Below are positions 8,694 through 17,217 of a DNA stretch of 40,000 nucleotides, piece by piece. Positions within the stretch are counted from its first letter, which is position 1; each line of letters opens with the position of its first letter. Source of the DNA: Microcoleus vaginatus GB1-A2 (lineage in GTDB: Bacteria; Cyanobacteriota; Cyanobacteriia; Cyanobacteriales; Microcoleaceae); assembly GCA_040004015.1 (NCBI GenBank), contig JAMPKS010000007.1, forward strand, positions 79,756 through 119,755. The letters run 5' to 3'. The notes under the pieces were generated by a model. That model had not been told where the DNA came from. It worked only from the letters and a program-made list of their open reading frames with translations, and made no database searches. The position numbers and the translations under genes are program-made.

Positions 8694-9206
8694 ATGCCTG
8701 ATAGTAAATTCACTCTCAGCAAAGCTGTAGAAGCTTTCGATCTCACGATCGTTGAAGGAACTCGCTTTTTACCGGAAATTTCCCCAGTTACTCCCAGTTC
8801 TTTACTGCAGGATACTCTCAGAGAAACGATTCCCTGGGCAATAGCAGTGAGTAGCGAAAAAGCTCGATCGGAAGGCATTATCAATCCGGTGTTATTGGAA
8901 GTAAAACGCCAACTTCAAGGACAGATTAGCATTTTTTCCGGCGAGGAATTCAATGGAGAACCGGAGGCCGAGCTCGCAGGTTATATTGACTTTTTATTGA
9001 GTCGTTCCCCGGAGCAATTATTTATCCAAGCTCCTGCGGTTATATTGGTGTCAGCCAAGAAAGAAGACCTGAAACCCGCTCTAGGACAATGCCTTGCAGA
9101 AATGGTGGCGGTTCAACGGTTTAACCGACAAAAGCAACAGCCGATATCGACGATTTACGGAACAGTTACTAGCGGTACGGTTTGGCGGTTTCTCAAGCTA
9201 GGATAG
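8694..9206 (+). CDS. HsdR_N-like / PD-(D/E)xK-fold protein ended by an in-frame TAG (probable decaying paralogue of 20398..21030)
   Basis: It shares SEKARSEGIINPVLLEV, GQCLAEMVAVQRFN and GTVWRFLKLG with the 210-aa protein at 20398..21030. The frame stays open after the TAG (9204-9206) to 9296 and still aligns with the paralogue tail (IDLTDYPLPRVEQILGFLVWM). The expected ExK reads VSAKK. Confidence 0.6.
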   Translation: MPDSKFTLSKAVEAFDLTIVEGTRFLPEISPVTPSSLLQDTLRETIPWAIAVSSEKARSEGIINPVLLEVKRQLQGQISIFSGEEFNGEPEAELAGYIDFLLSRSPEQLFIQAPAVILVSAKKEDLKPALGQCLAEMVAVQRFNRQKQQPISTIYGTVTSGTVWRFLKLG

Positions 9207-9382
9207 CAATGCGCGTCCATCGATCTTACCGATTATCCGCTACCTCGGGTCGAGCAAATCTTGGGTTTTCTAGTTTGGATGACGGCCCGAGGGTGAGCTG
9301 ATATTATACAGAAATATCGACCTGCTGCGGCGTTGATGCGTCAAGGACTGGAGGCGATCGCCAAACAACTATTTTAGCCGTC

Positions 9383-12133
9383 ATGAAATTAAGTTTATTT
9401 CTGAGTGCATTAATCTTTGCCGAACTAGCAAATCTTTGCTGTTCGACTCCAGCCACAGCGCAGCTCGTTCCCGACACGACTTTAGGGGCAGAAAATTCTC
9501 TGGTTGCGCCGAATGTCGAGATTAAAGGAATTTCGGGCGATCGCGCAGAGGGGGGCGCGGTGCGCGGTGCTAATTTATTCCACAGTTTTCGAGAATTTAA
9601 CGTCCGCGAAGGCAGGGCAGTTTATTTTGCCAATCCGGCGGGTGTGGAAAATATTTTGACTAGGGTAACTGGCGGCAATCCTTCTAATATTTTGGGAACG
9701 ATCGGCGTTTTGGGAAATGCCAATTTATTTTTGCTCAATCCCAACGGTATTGTCTTCGGGCCGAAGGCGCGTTTGGATGTCGGGGGTGCTTTTTATGCCT
9801 CCACTGCGAGCAATTTGGTATTTAGAGGCGGATTGAATTTCAGTGCAGCTAATCCGCAAACTGCGCCGCTGTTAACTGTGAATATTCCTGTAGGTTTGCA
9901 GTTTCGGGGAACGGAAAAAGGAATTCTGAATGCAGGCGGCCAACTTGAGGTACAAAATGGCAGAATTTTGGCTTTAGTGGGGGGGCAAAATACGGCACCG
10001 GGAACGGCAGGAGTGACGGTTTCAGCGGCAGGAAGTTTGACTGCTGCTGATGGCAGAATTGAATTGGGAGGGTTGGCGGCGGCGGGAATTGTGGAATTGA
10101 GCGCTAACGGCTTGATTTTTCCCGATCGCGTGGCGCGCGCTGACGTATCCCTGAACAACCGCGCCAGCCTGAACGTGTCAGCTAGCGGCAGAGGCAGCAT
10201 TGCGATCGCCGCTCGAAATTTAGACATTGCTTCGCAGAGCTCTCTGAATGCGGGCGTGCTCGCGGGTTTCAATTTGGGGGGCGCTGTGCCCGGAAGCATC
10301 AGTATCAACGCTTCGGATGCGGTGGCGATCGCGAACAGCCGCGTCGAAACCGATGTTAAAAGCGGAGGTGTCGGCGATGCCGGGCCGATCGAAGTGAGGG
10401 CGGGTTCTCTGTTTGTCAGAGACGGTGCGGTGCTGCTGAGCGGCGTTCGGAAAGCCGACGCTCAAAACCCTGCCGGTCAAGGAAATGGGGGCAATATAGC
10501 TGTGGAAGCGCGCGATCGCGTTTCCCTGACTGGGAGCGATACTGCGATCGTCGCCAACATCGGCAACGGCGTTGTCGGCAGGAGCGGTAAAATTAGAATT
10601 ACTGCTAGCAGCGGCTCAATTTCCCTCGCTGACGGCGCTAAGCTGCGGACGGGTACGTCGGGACAGGGAAATGCCGGTCAAATTACCCTGCGCGCGGGAG
10701 ATGCAGTTTCCCTGACTGGCGGCAGCCGGATCGAAGCGGAAGTTGACAGCGGTGCTGTGGGGAACGGCGGCGATGTCAGCATTGTGGCGCGATCGCTCTC
10801 CCTGACAAACGGCGCGGCGCTGGTAACGCGCGCTAGCAAAGCAGAAGCCGAAAAGCCGGCCTCCCGGGGAAATGCGGGAAATGCGATTGTTAACGTGCGG
10901 GAAGGGGTGACGCTCGATCGCGGTTTTATTGTCACCGCAGTGGGAGATGAAGTGCTCGGAAAAAGCGGCGAAATTGTCATAAACGCGCGATCGCTGGCGC
11001 TCGGCAACGGTTCTCGCCTGGAAACGGCGACTTCTGGGGGGAACCCGGGTAATCGGTCGATCGCGGGCAATACTGACATCAGCGTGCGCGATCGCGTGGT
11101 GATTGCCGGCAGCAACAGCGCCAATCCCAGCGAGCGATCGGGCATTTTTGCCACTGTTACCGATCGGGCGCAAGGCGGTTTTGGCGGCAATATCAAGATC
11201 GCAGCCCGATCTGTTACTGTCAGAAACGGCGCCCAAATAACGGCAAGCAGCGAGACTTTTCAACCGCTGCAAACAGCGGACAATTTGCGGAACAATGCAG
11301 GCAGCATCAACATTAAAGCCGGCAACATCCGTTTAGAAACAGGCAGCATTGAAGCCAACACGCAAGCCGGGAAACGAGCGGAAATACAATTAGATTCAGC
11401 GGGATTGCAAATGCTGAGAAATAGCGCGATCGCTACTAATGCCGACAATACCAACGGCGGGAATATTACTCTCAGACTCAGTACATTAGCTGGATTAGGA
11501 AATAGCGACATTACAGCCAACGCCCGAAATGGAGGAGGGGGAGTAATATCGATTTCTTCTCAAGCAATTTTTGGGTCAAAATCCCAGACAAGACAGCAAG
11601 TAGAATCTCGATTGACAGGCGAGCAAATTCTCGATACAGAGTTCAGCCAGCGATTTTTGCCGACCAGCGATATCGTAGCAATTTCTCAAACAGACCCCAC
11701 CCTTAGCGGCACGGTAACAATCGTAACTCCTGATACTGACCCCGCATCTGGGTTAGTCGAATTGCCGGAAAACGTTGTCGATCCGGCGGCATTGATCGGG
11801 CAGAATCCCTGCGAAAGAGGGCGGGAAAGCGAATTCACAATTACCGGGCGCGGCGGCTTGCCTGCGAATCCCGGCGAAGCGTTAAATAGCGATAGCGTGC
11901 GAGTTAATTTAGTCGAACCCGCAGCACCGGCAAATTCGGGAAATACACTGCAAACGCAGCCGCTATCAAATATTGAGGGAGGGAATGGGGAAACTGCGCC
12001 AATAATTGTGGCTGCTAATGGGTGGATTCAAAACGAACGGGGGGAAGTAATTTTAGTTGGCTATAACCCTGCAGGTACGGGAACAAATCATCGAGTTCAA
12101 ACTCGGGCTGCTTGTGGGCAGCATCTGCGTTGA
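9383..12133 (+). CDS. TpsA-like secreted beta-helix protein with a filamentous-haemagglutinin N-terminal (TPS) domain
   Basis: It has a signal peptide (MKLSLFLSALIFAELANLCCSTPATAQ) followed by the TPS motifs NLFHSFREFNV, ENILTRVTGGNPSNILG and NANLFLLNPNGIVFG. Many G-N-x-G-x-I repeat turns follow, then a conserved C-terminal module (FTITGRGGLPANP...NGWIQNERGEVILVG). Confidence 0.85.
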   Translation: MKLSLFLSALIFAELANLCCSTPATAQLVPDTTLGAENSLVAPNVEIKGISGDRAEGGAVRGANLFHSFREFNVREGRAVYFANPAGVENILTRVTGGNPSNILGTIGVLGNANLFLLNPNGIVFGPKARLDVGGAFYASTASNLVFRGGLNFSAANPQTAPLLTVNIPVGLQFRGTEKGILNAGGQLEVQNGRILALVGGQNTAPGTAGVTVSAAGSLTAADGRIELGGLAAAGIVELSANGLIFPDRVARADVSLNNRASLNVSASGRGSIAIAARNLDIASQSSLNAGVLAGFNLGGAVPGSISINASDAVAIANSRVETDVKSGGVGDAGPIEVRAGSLFVRDGAVLLSGVRKADAQNPAGQGNGGNIAVEARDRVSLTGSDTAIVANIGNGVVGRSGKIRITASSGSISLADGAKLRTGTSGQGNAGQITLRAGDAVSLTGGSRIEAEVDSGAVGNGGDVSIVARSLSLTNGAALVTRASKAEAEKPASRGNAGNAIVNVREGVTLDRGFIVTAVGDEVLGKSGEIVINARSLALGNGSRLETATSGGNPGNRSIAGNTDISVRDRVVIAGSNSANPSERSGIFATVTDRAQGGFGGNIKIAARSVTVRNGAQITASSETFQPLQTADNLRNNAGSINIKAGNIRLETGSIEANTQAGKRAEIQLDSAGLQMLRNSAIATNADNTNGGNITLRLSTLAGLGNSDITANARNGGGGVISISSQAIFGSKSQTRQQVESRLTGEQILDTEFSQRFLPTSDIVAISQTDPTLSGTVTIVTPDTDPASGLVELPENVVDPAALIGQNPCERGRESEFTITGRGGLPANPGEALNSDSVRVNLVEPAAPANSGNTLQTQPLSNIEGGNGETAPIIVAANGWIQNERGEVILVGYNPAGTGTNHRVQTRAACGQHLR

Positions 12134-12139
12134 TTTACC

Positions 12140-12407
12140 GGAGTAGAATGTAAGGAACCCCACGCTTAAAAGCGGGGGCTTTTGGAAAGTCCGGCTCGTT
12201 CCGAGCGGTTCAAGAAAAAAGCCCAAACCTTACCAGAGACAGGATTAGACCTACGTTTCTTGAGTCATAATACCGGATAATGCGTCGCTAGTTTTCCGCT
12301 CTATTGCTAGTCGTTAAACATCTGTACAAGGGTTAAGGAAGTGCGACTAGCTCAACAAGCTCATGAAACCTTCTCGAAGCGAACTTTACCCCGAAAGGGA
12401 GGACATT
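12140..12407 (+). ncRNA. Candidate omega-RNA (IscB guide RNA scaffold)
   Basis: This 274-nt ORF-free stretch lies directly upstream of and abuts the iscB start, which is the canonical omega-RNA position. It has multiple local helices: CCCCACGC/GCGGGGG (12158-12178), CCGGCTCG/CGAGCGG (12191-12207), and GCTAGTCG (12306-12313) paired with CGACTAGC (12343-12350). The exact ends were not determined. Confidence 0.45.
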
Positions 12408-13685
12408 ATGTCTAATTTTGTTTTCATAATTGATGCGAACAAACGACCACTAACACCGATTCATCCGGGTTTTGCACGCAGACTTTTCAAGCAAAAAAAG
12501 GCTGCGATTTACCGCAAGTTTCCGTTTACTTTGATACTCAAAGAATCACGCTCCGATCTGACCGTACCCGACTTGCAACTCAAGATAGATCCTGGTTCTA
12601 GGGTAACAGGTTTTGCGATACTCAACGGCGCAAAAGTTATTTGGGCGGCAGAATTAACGCATAGAGGTCAGGCTATTAAAAATGCTTTACTCTCACGCAG
12701 TCAACTACGAAGAGTCCGACGAAATCGACACACTCGTTATCGTCAACCAAGATTCTTAAATCGTACCTGTCCTCAAGGTTGGCTAGCCCCCAGTCTACAA
12801 CATCGTGTCGAAACCACGCTTACCTGGGTCAACAAACTTATTAAGTTTGCGCCGACAAACTCAATCACTCAAGAACTGGTACGGTTCGACTTACAACAAC
12901 TTGCTCACCCTGAAATCTCAGGGATTGAATACCAACAAGGAACACTTTTAGGATATGAAGTCCGCGAATACCTTCTTGAAGTTTGGGAGAGGAAATGCGC
13001 TTATTGTGGCATTAAAAATGTACCATTACAGGTAGAACATATCCACCCCAAGGCCAAAGGTGGTAGTAACCGAATTTCTAACCTGTGTCTTGCTTGCGAT
13101 ACTTGCAACAATAATAAAGGTACTCAGGATATCAAGCAATTCCTAGCCAAGAAGCCTGATGTTCTCAAACGTATCCAAGCACAAAGAAAACGCCCTCTCA
13201 AGGATGCGACTGCGGTCAATTCTACCCGCTGGACGTTACTCAATCGACTAAAAGAAACAGGACTCCCCGTGGCTACGGGGTCGGGAGGTCGAACTAAGTT
13301 TAATCGAACTCGCTTACAACTGCCTAAATCTCATTGGTTGGATGCGGCGTGTGTAGGCAAGGTCGAAGAGTTGAATGTACTAACTTCTCAACCGCTGTTA
13401 ATCAAAGCAATGGGACACGGAACGCGACAGATGTGCGGTACAGATAAATTTGGATTCCCAATTCGTCATAAATCAAGAAAGCAAATTCATTTCTGTTTTC
13501 AAACTGGCGATATCGTCAGCGCGACAGTCACCGCAGGAAAGAAAATTGGCTGTTATACGGGACGAGTTCTTTGCCGCGCATCCGGTTCGTTTGATATTGC
13601 TACAACCACGGGAAGAGTGGCAGGGATTAGTCACAAATATTGCCGTGCAATTCACAAAAAAGATGGTTATTCCTATGGATTCTAG
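12408..13685 (+). CDS. iscB: IscB, an OMEGA-type RNA-guided nuclease (PLMP-like N-terminus, split RuvC with HNH insertion, C-terminal TAM-interaction-like domain)
   Basis: The ATG at 12408 is preceded by a GGGAGG RBS. Motifs are VFIIDANKRPLTPIHP (PLMP-type), LKIDPGSRVTGFAIL (RuvC-I Asp), ITQELVRFD (RuvC-II Glu), CAYCG...LQVEHIHPKAKGGSNRISNLCLACDTCNNNKG (HNH with a Cys4 arrangement) and KSHWLDAACVG (RuvC-III His/Asp). The product is 425 aa. Confidence 0.85.
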   Translation: MSNFVFIIDANKRPLTPIHPGFARRLFKQKKAAIYRKFPFTLILKESRSDLTVPDLQLKIDPGSRVTGFAILNGAKVIWAAELTHRGQAIKNALLSRSQLRRVRRNRHTRYRQPRFLNRTCPQGWLAPSLQHRVETTLTWVNKLIKFAPTNSITQELVRFDLQQLAHPEISGIEYQQGTLLGYEVREYLLEVWERKCAYCGIKNVPLQVEHIHPKAKGGSNRISNLCLACDTCNNNKGTQDIKQFLAKKPDVLKRIQAQRKRPLKDATAVNSTRWTLLNRLKETGLPVATGSGGRTKFNRTRLQLPKSHWLDAACVGKVEELNVLTSQPLLIKAMGHGTRQMCGTDKFGFPIRHKSRKQIHFCFQTGDIVSATVTAGKKIGCYTGRVLCRASGSFDIATTTGRVAGISHKYCRAIHKKDGYSYGF

Positions 13686-13840
13686 TTGTAGGCGACTGAA
13701 GTCGCTGCCGCTTTCCTCCCCATGTCTACAGCCAGGGGCTTCTCGCTCGTTTTTCGGTGCTTTTTCAACCGCAGATATCAGCGGATTAACACAAATTAAC
13801 GCTGATAGAGTTCGATCTGTTATGATGGAGCAACTAATAA

Positions 13841-14019
13841 TCTCCGGGCTTTTGTGTTGAGCGAAGGTGGCATCGCCTGCGCTGGTATGATGCTAATGGT
13901 AATTGGATTGCCGCGACTGCCGAAGGAGCCGGGGCAGCAAGCCGAACAGCAGCGCTGTTCGGGCAGAAGGTTTAGCCGAAAGGTTGAGGGCGATGGGGCT
14001 CGATCGAGATGAACTTTAG
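13841..14019 (+). pseudogene. 3' remnant of a Uma2 (DUF820) family endonuclease gene, frameshifted
   Basis: One frame reads RWHRLRWYDANGNWIAATAE. A second frame ends in AVRAEGLAERLRAMGLDRDEL* (stop at 14017-14019). This matches my recollection of the usual cyanobacterial Uma2 tail (WLRWYD..G.WI.T..E ... AERLAA.LRALGIDPD). No 5' part is present. Confidence 0.5.
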
Positions 14020-14032
14020 CTGAGAACCGTAA

Positions 14033-16939
14033 ATGGCACGCAAACAGATGGGAAAAATTCAAAAAATACTCGATATTTTGGCGGGTATCTCTCTATTTGC
14101 AGCCATCAAAAGACTGTACGGCCGGCACTGGTCGATCGCGCTTGCTGTATTATTTATCATCTCCACAGCAGTGCCGCCAATCCTCTCGGCAACAGCTCAA
14201 ATCCCAATTATTCAAGCTCAACAAAATACCCCGCAGTTAGTACAGCAAGCTAAAAATTTTTACCGACAGAGACAGTTCGAGGGCGCTGCGAATATCTGGC
14301 AGCAAGCCGCCGCTGCATTTGCCGCCAAAAGCGACAGTTTAAATCAAGCAATGGCACTCAGCAATCTGTCGCTCACCTACCAGCAGCTCGGAGAGTGGCA
14401 ACAGGCAAAAACTGCGATCTACCAAAGCATCAATCTCCTGCAAAAATTAGCAAATAGCTCGGAAAAACAGCGAATTTTTGCCCAAAGCCTCGACATTCAA
14501 GGGCGGCTGCAAAGAGCCAGCGGCGACTCAGAAACTGCGATCGAAACTTGGCAAAAAGCCGCCGAAATTTATACTCAAATCGGGAACAAAGACGCTGCAA
14601 TTCAAAATCGGATAAATCAATCCCAAGCCCTACAAGATTTGGGTCTTTACCCCAGAGCTTGCAAAACTTTACTAAATGCTTTCGCTCTGGATATCCAAGA
14701 CTGTAAAAGTTTAACCGAATTACCGCCAGAAACCGCAAGCAAAAAGTTAGAAATTATCGCAAACCAACCCGATTCGCTGCTGAAATTTGATGCAATGTAC
14801 GGCCTCGGCGAAATTCTGCGAGTTATCGGCAATTTGCAGCTATCTCAAAATATTTTAGAATCGAGTTTAACGGTTGCGCGGAATTTGCGATCGCCCTTAG
14901 AGGAAAGTACAGCAATGCTCGGTTTGGGGAATACAGCCCGAGCATTTGTCGAAAGGCAAATCTTGCTGCCTCCCCAAGACCAAGATACCACCATACTTAT
15001 CTTAAAAACTCAAGAGGCTTTAAACTTTTACCGCGAAGCCGCACAGCTATCTCCATCTCCAACAGCCCAACTTCAAGCCCAACTAAATCAGCTCAGTTTG
15101 CTGTTAGAAAGCCAGCCGTGGATAGGAGAGGGCGAATTAACAAAAGCTGGGGATTTGTGGCCGTCCATTCAAGAAAAAATCAATAACTTGCCCGCCAGCA
15201 GAGGCGGAATTTACGCTCAAATTAACTTAGCTCAAAATTATATCAAACTGAGCAAAAGAGGGGCAACCGCAGCAAGATTGCCTTTACAATTGCCAACAGC
15301 TAGCGAGATTAATAAAATCTTGACAAAAGCAGCAGAACAAGCTAGAACATTGGGGGATAAAAAAGCAGAAGCTTATGCAGTTGGCAGTTTGGGTACTCTG
15401 TACGAAAGCTCGAAACTGTGGAAACTGGCAGAAAATTTGACATATCGAGCTTTAAGCTTAGTTTCATCCTCGAAAGCAGCCGACGTTACCTATCAATATT
15501 TCTGGCAGTTGGGACGCATCCACAAAGCGCAAGCAGATATTGAGAAAAGCTTGGGAAATACCGATAAAGCCGAAAAGTATATTGAAACAGCAGTTGCAGC
15601 TTATACCAATGCGTTTGAAAATTTGCGATCGCTGCGGAGCGACTTGGTAGCGCTCAATCCCGAAGTGCAATTTTCCTTCCGCGACAGCGTAGAACCAGTT
15701 TACCGCCAATTAGTAGCGCTGAACTTGCAAGTCGCCAAATCTCTGATTGGTAAAGGCAAAATTGATGACAGCCAAAAATCTCTCAAACAAGCTCGAGATG
15801 TCATAGAATCCCTGCAAATAGCGGAACTCAACAACTTCTTTCAAGATGCCTGCATTGATGTCAAAACCCAACAAATTGATCAAGTCGATCGCACCGCAGC
15901 AATTATCTATCCAATTATCCTCGAACAGCAGCTAGAAGTAATAGTTCGCTTGCCCGGTGGCAAATTGCTTTTGTACACTCCCACTAACCCTGATAATAAC
16001 AGTCAGGCTGTCACTCAACAAGAACTAGAAAATACTTTAATAGAATTGCGATCTGGCGAAAAAAACGCTTCTCTTCAATCCACAGCCAGCCGCAATAACT
16101 TTTTGCCTTTAACTCAAAAAGTCTATAATTGGTTGATCCGCCCGATCGAAACAGGGCTGCAAGAAAGCCAAGCCAAAATATTAGTTTTTGTCCTCGACGG
16201 CGAATTGCGAAATATCCCGATGGCAGTGCTCCACGACGGCAGTCAATATTTAGTAGAAAAATATGCGATCGCTCTCACGCCCGGTTTGCAACTGCTAAAC
16301 CCGCAACCTCTCTCGCAAGCGCAGTTAAGAGCCTTAATTGCCGGCGCCGCTAATGCCCCCAGCTTTCAAGCAAACAATCTCAATCCGCTGCCCGGTGTCG
16401 AAAGAGAATTGAACGATATTGCCGAAACACTGCCGAATAATGACAAGCGCGAAAATGAGAATTTTACCAAAGCTAACCTGCAAGCTACTATTAATCGAGT
16501 GCCTTTTCCTGTAGTTCACATCGCCACCCACGGACAGTTTAGTTCCAACGCTGAAAGAACATTTATTCTCGACTGGAACGGACAGATAAATGTTAAAGAT
16601 TTAGATGGATTGCTGCGGGTAACAGATCGAAAAAGACCGATCGAACTGCTTGTTTTAAGCGCTTGCGAAACCGTAGCCGGAGACAGCAGGGCCGCTTTGG
16701 GATTGGCCGGAGTTGCGGTGCGCGCGGGCGCTCGCAGCACCCTAGCGACGCTGTGGCAAGTTAGCGATGAAAGCACGGCTGTGTTTATGAGTGAATTCTA
16801 CAGCGAATTAGCTAAATCTCAAGGGCAGGTTAACAAAGCTGAAGCGCTGCGCCGAGCTCAAGTCAAGCTTTTAAAAGATAGCAAATACCAGCATCCATAT
16901 TTCTGGGCGCCTTATGTTTTAGTGGGAAATTGGAAGTAG
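14033..16939 (+). CDS. TPR-repeat CHAT-domain (caspase-like) protease with an N-terminal signal/anchor
   Basis: The 968-aa ORF has a hydrophobic N-terminus (ILAGISLFAAI...LAVLFIISTAVPPILSATAQ), TPR-like repeats, and a C-terminal CHAT domain with the His (VVHIATHGQF) and Cys (LVLSACETVAGD) dyad and the ending HPYFWAPYVLVGNW. Confidence 0.85.
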   Translation: MARKQMGKIQKILDILAGISLFAAIKRLYGRHWSIALAVLFIISTAVPPILSATAQIPIIQAQQNTPQLVQQAKNFYRQRQFEGAANIWQQAAAAFAAKSDSLNQAMALSNLSLTYQQLGEWQQAKTAIYQSINLLQKLANSSEKQRIFAQSLDIQGRLQRASGDSETAIETWQKAAEIYTQIGNKDAAIQNRINQSQALQDLGLYPRACKTLLNAFALDIQDCKSLTELPPETASKKLEIIANQPDSLLKFDAMYGLGEILRVIGNLQLSQNILESSLTVARNLRSPLEESTAMLGLGNTARAFVERQILLPPQDQDTTILILKTQEALNFYREAAQLSPSPTAQLQAQLNQLSLLLESQPWIGEGELTKAGDLWPSIQEKINNLPASRGGIYAQINLAQNYIKLSKRGATAARLPLQLPTASEINKILTKAAEQARTLGDKKAEAYAVGSLGTLYESSKLWKLAENLTYRALSLVSSSKAADVTYQYFWQLGRIHKAQADIEKSLGNTDKAEKYIETAVAAYTNAFENLRSLRSDLVALNPEVQFSFRDSVEPVYRQLVALNLQVAKSLIGKGKIDDSQKSLKQARDVIESLQIAELNNFFQDACIDVKTQQIDQVDRTAAIIYPIILEQQLEVIVRLPGGKLLLYTPTNPDNNSQAVTQQELENTLIELRSGEKNASLQSTASRNNFLPLTQKVYNWLIRPIETGLQESQAKILVFVLDGELRNIPMAVLHDGSQYLVEKYAIALTPGLQLLNPQPLSQAQLRALIAGAANAPSFQANNLNPLPGVERELNDIAETLPNNDKRENENFTKANLQATINRVPFPVVHIATHGQFSSNAERTFILDWNGQINVKDLDGLLRVTDRKRPIELLVLSACETVAGDSRAALGLAGVAVRAGARSTLATLWQVSDESTAVFMSEFYSELAKSQGQVNKAEALRRAQVKLLKDSKYQHPYFWAPYVLVGNWK

Positions 16940-16945
16940 CAGCAA

Positions 16946-16987
16946 ACAGTTGATAGTTGACAGTTGATAGTTGATTATTGGCAATTG
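16946..16987. repeat. STRR heptamer array (ACAGTTG/ATAGTTG, 6 units)
   Basis: The units ACAGTTG ATAGTTG ACAGTTG ATAGTTG ATTATTG GCAATTG lie immediately after the CHAT gene stop. Confidence 0.85.
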
Positions 16988-17030
16988 TTAACGCAGTTTT
17001 TTCTATCGTTCTGAGGGTTGGTCGATCGTT

Positions 17031-17190
17031 CCGATAGTCCGAAAGGGGTTTTCAACCCCGGTCTCACAGCTAAAGTCCTCTAAAAGAAAACTCAAATTTA
17101 TCGGAAGTGCGATCGTAATTAACAGTCGGTTGAAACCGACTTAAGCTATGACGCAGGGGGTTAAACCCCTGCCGGACTGTCGGACTACCG
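17031..17190. repeat. Inverted pair of a roughly 50-bp element, each arm with its own hairpin, plus a central hairpin (MITE/REP-like)
   Basis: The left arm is CCGATAGTCCGAAAGGGGTTTTCAACCCCGGTCTCACAGCTAAAGTCC (17031-17078). The right arm (17138-17190) reverse-complements to CGGTAGTCCGACAGTCCGGCAGGGGTTTAACCCCCTGCGTCATAGCTTAAGTC. The central hairpin is AGTCGGT-TGAA-ACCGACT (17124-17141). The structure sits between convergent genes. Confidence 0.7.
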
Positions 17191-17217
17191 AAATGCCCGA
17201 TCGCGTCAAAGTCCGTT

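Larger units (their letters stand above)
12134..13840 (+). mobile_element. IscB-only (TnpA-less) IS200/IS605-superfamily element; boundaries approximate
   Basis: It comprises a structured non-coding leader, iscB, and a 3' region with hairpins (GCGACTGAAGTCGC at about 13692-13705; TATCAGCG-N16-CGCTGATA at about 13776-13807). The 3' sequence is partly shared with the remnant at 4.6 kb. No Y1 transposase gene is present. Confidence 0.45.

Noticed and set aside
9793-11520. Long antisense or alternative-frame ORFs inside the tpsA-like gene (171, 86, 218, 172 and 86 aa)
   Set aside because: They lie entirely within a well-supported 916-aa gene, have Arg/Ala/Pro-rich junk composition typical of off-frame GC-rich repeats, and contain no recognisable motifs.
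13450-14062. ORFs 13450..13860 (+, 136 aa) and 13820..14062 (-, 80 aa)
   Set aside because: The first is an alternative frame overlapping the iscB 3' end and the element's non-coding end. The second is antisense to the Uma2 remnant and the CHAT gene start. Neither has recognisable motifs.
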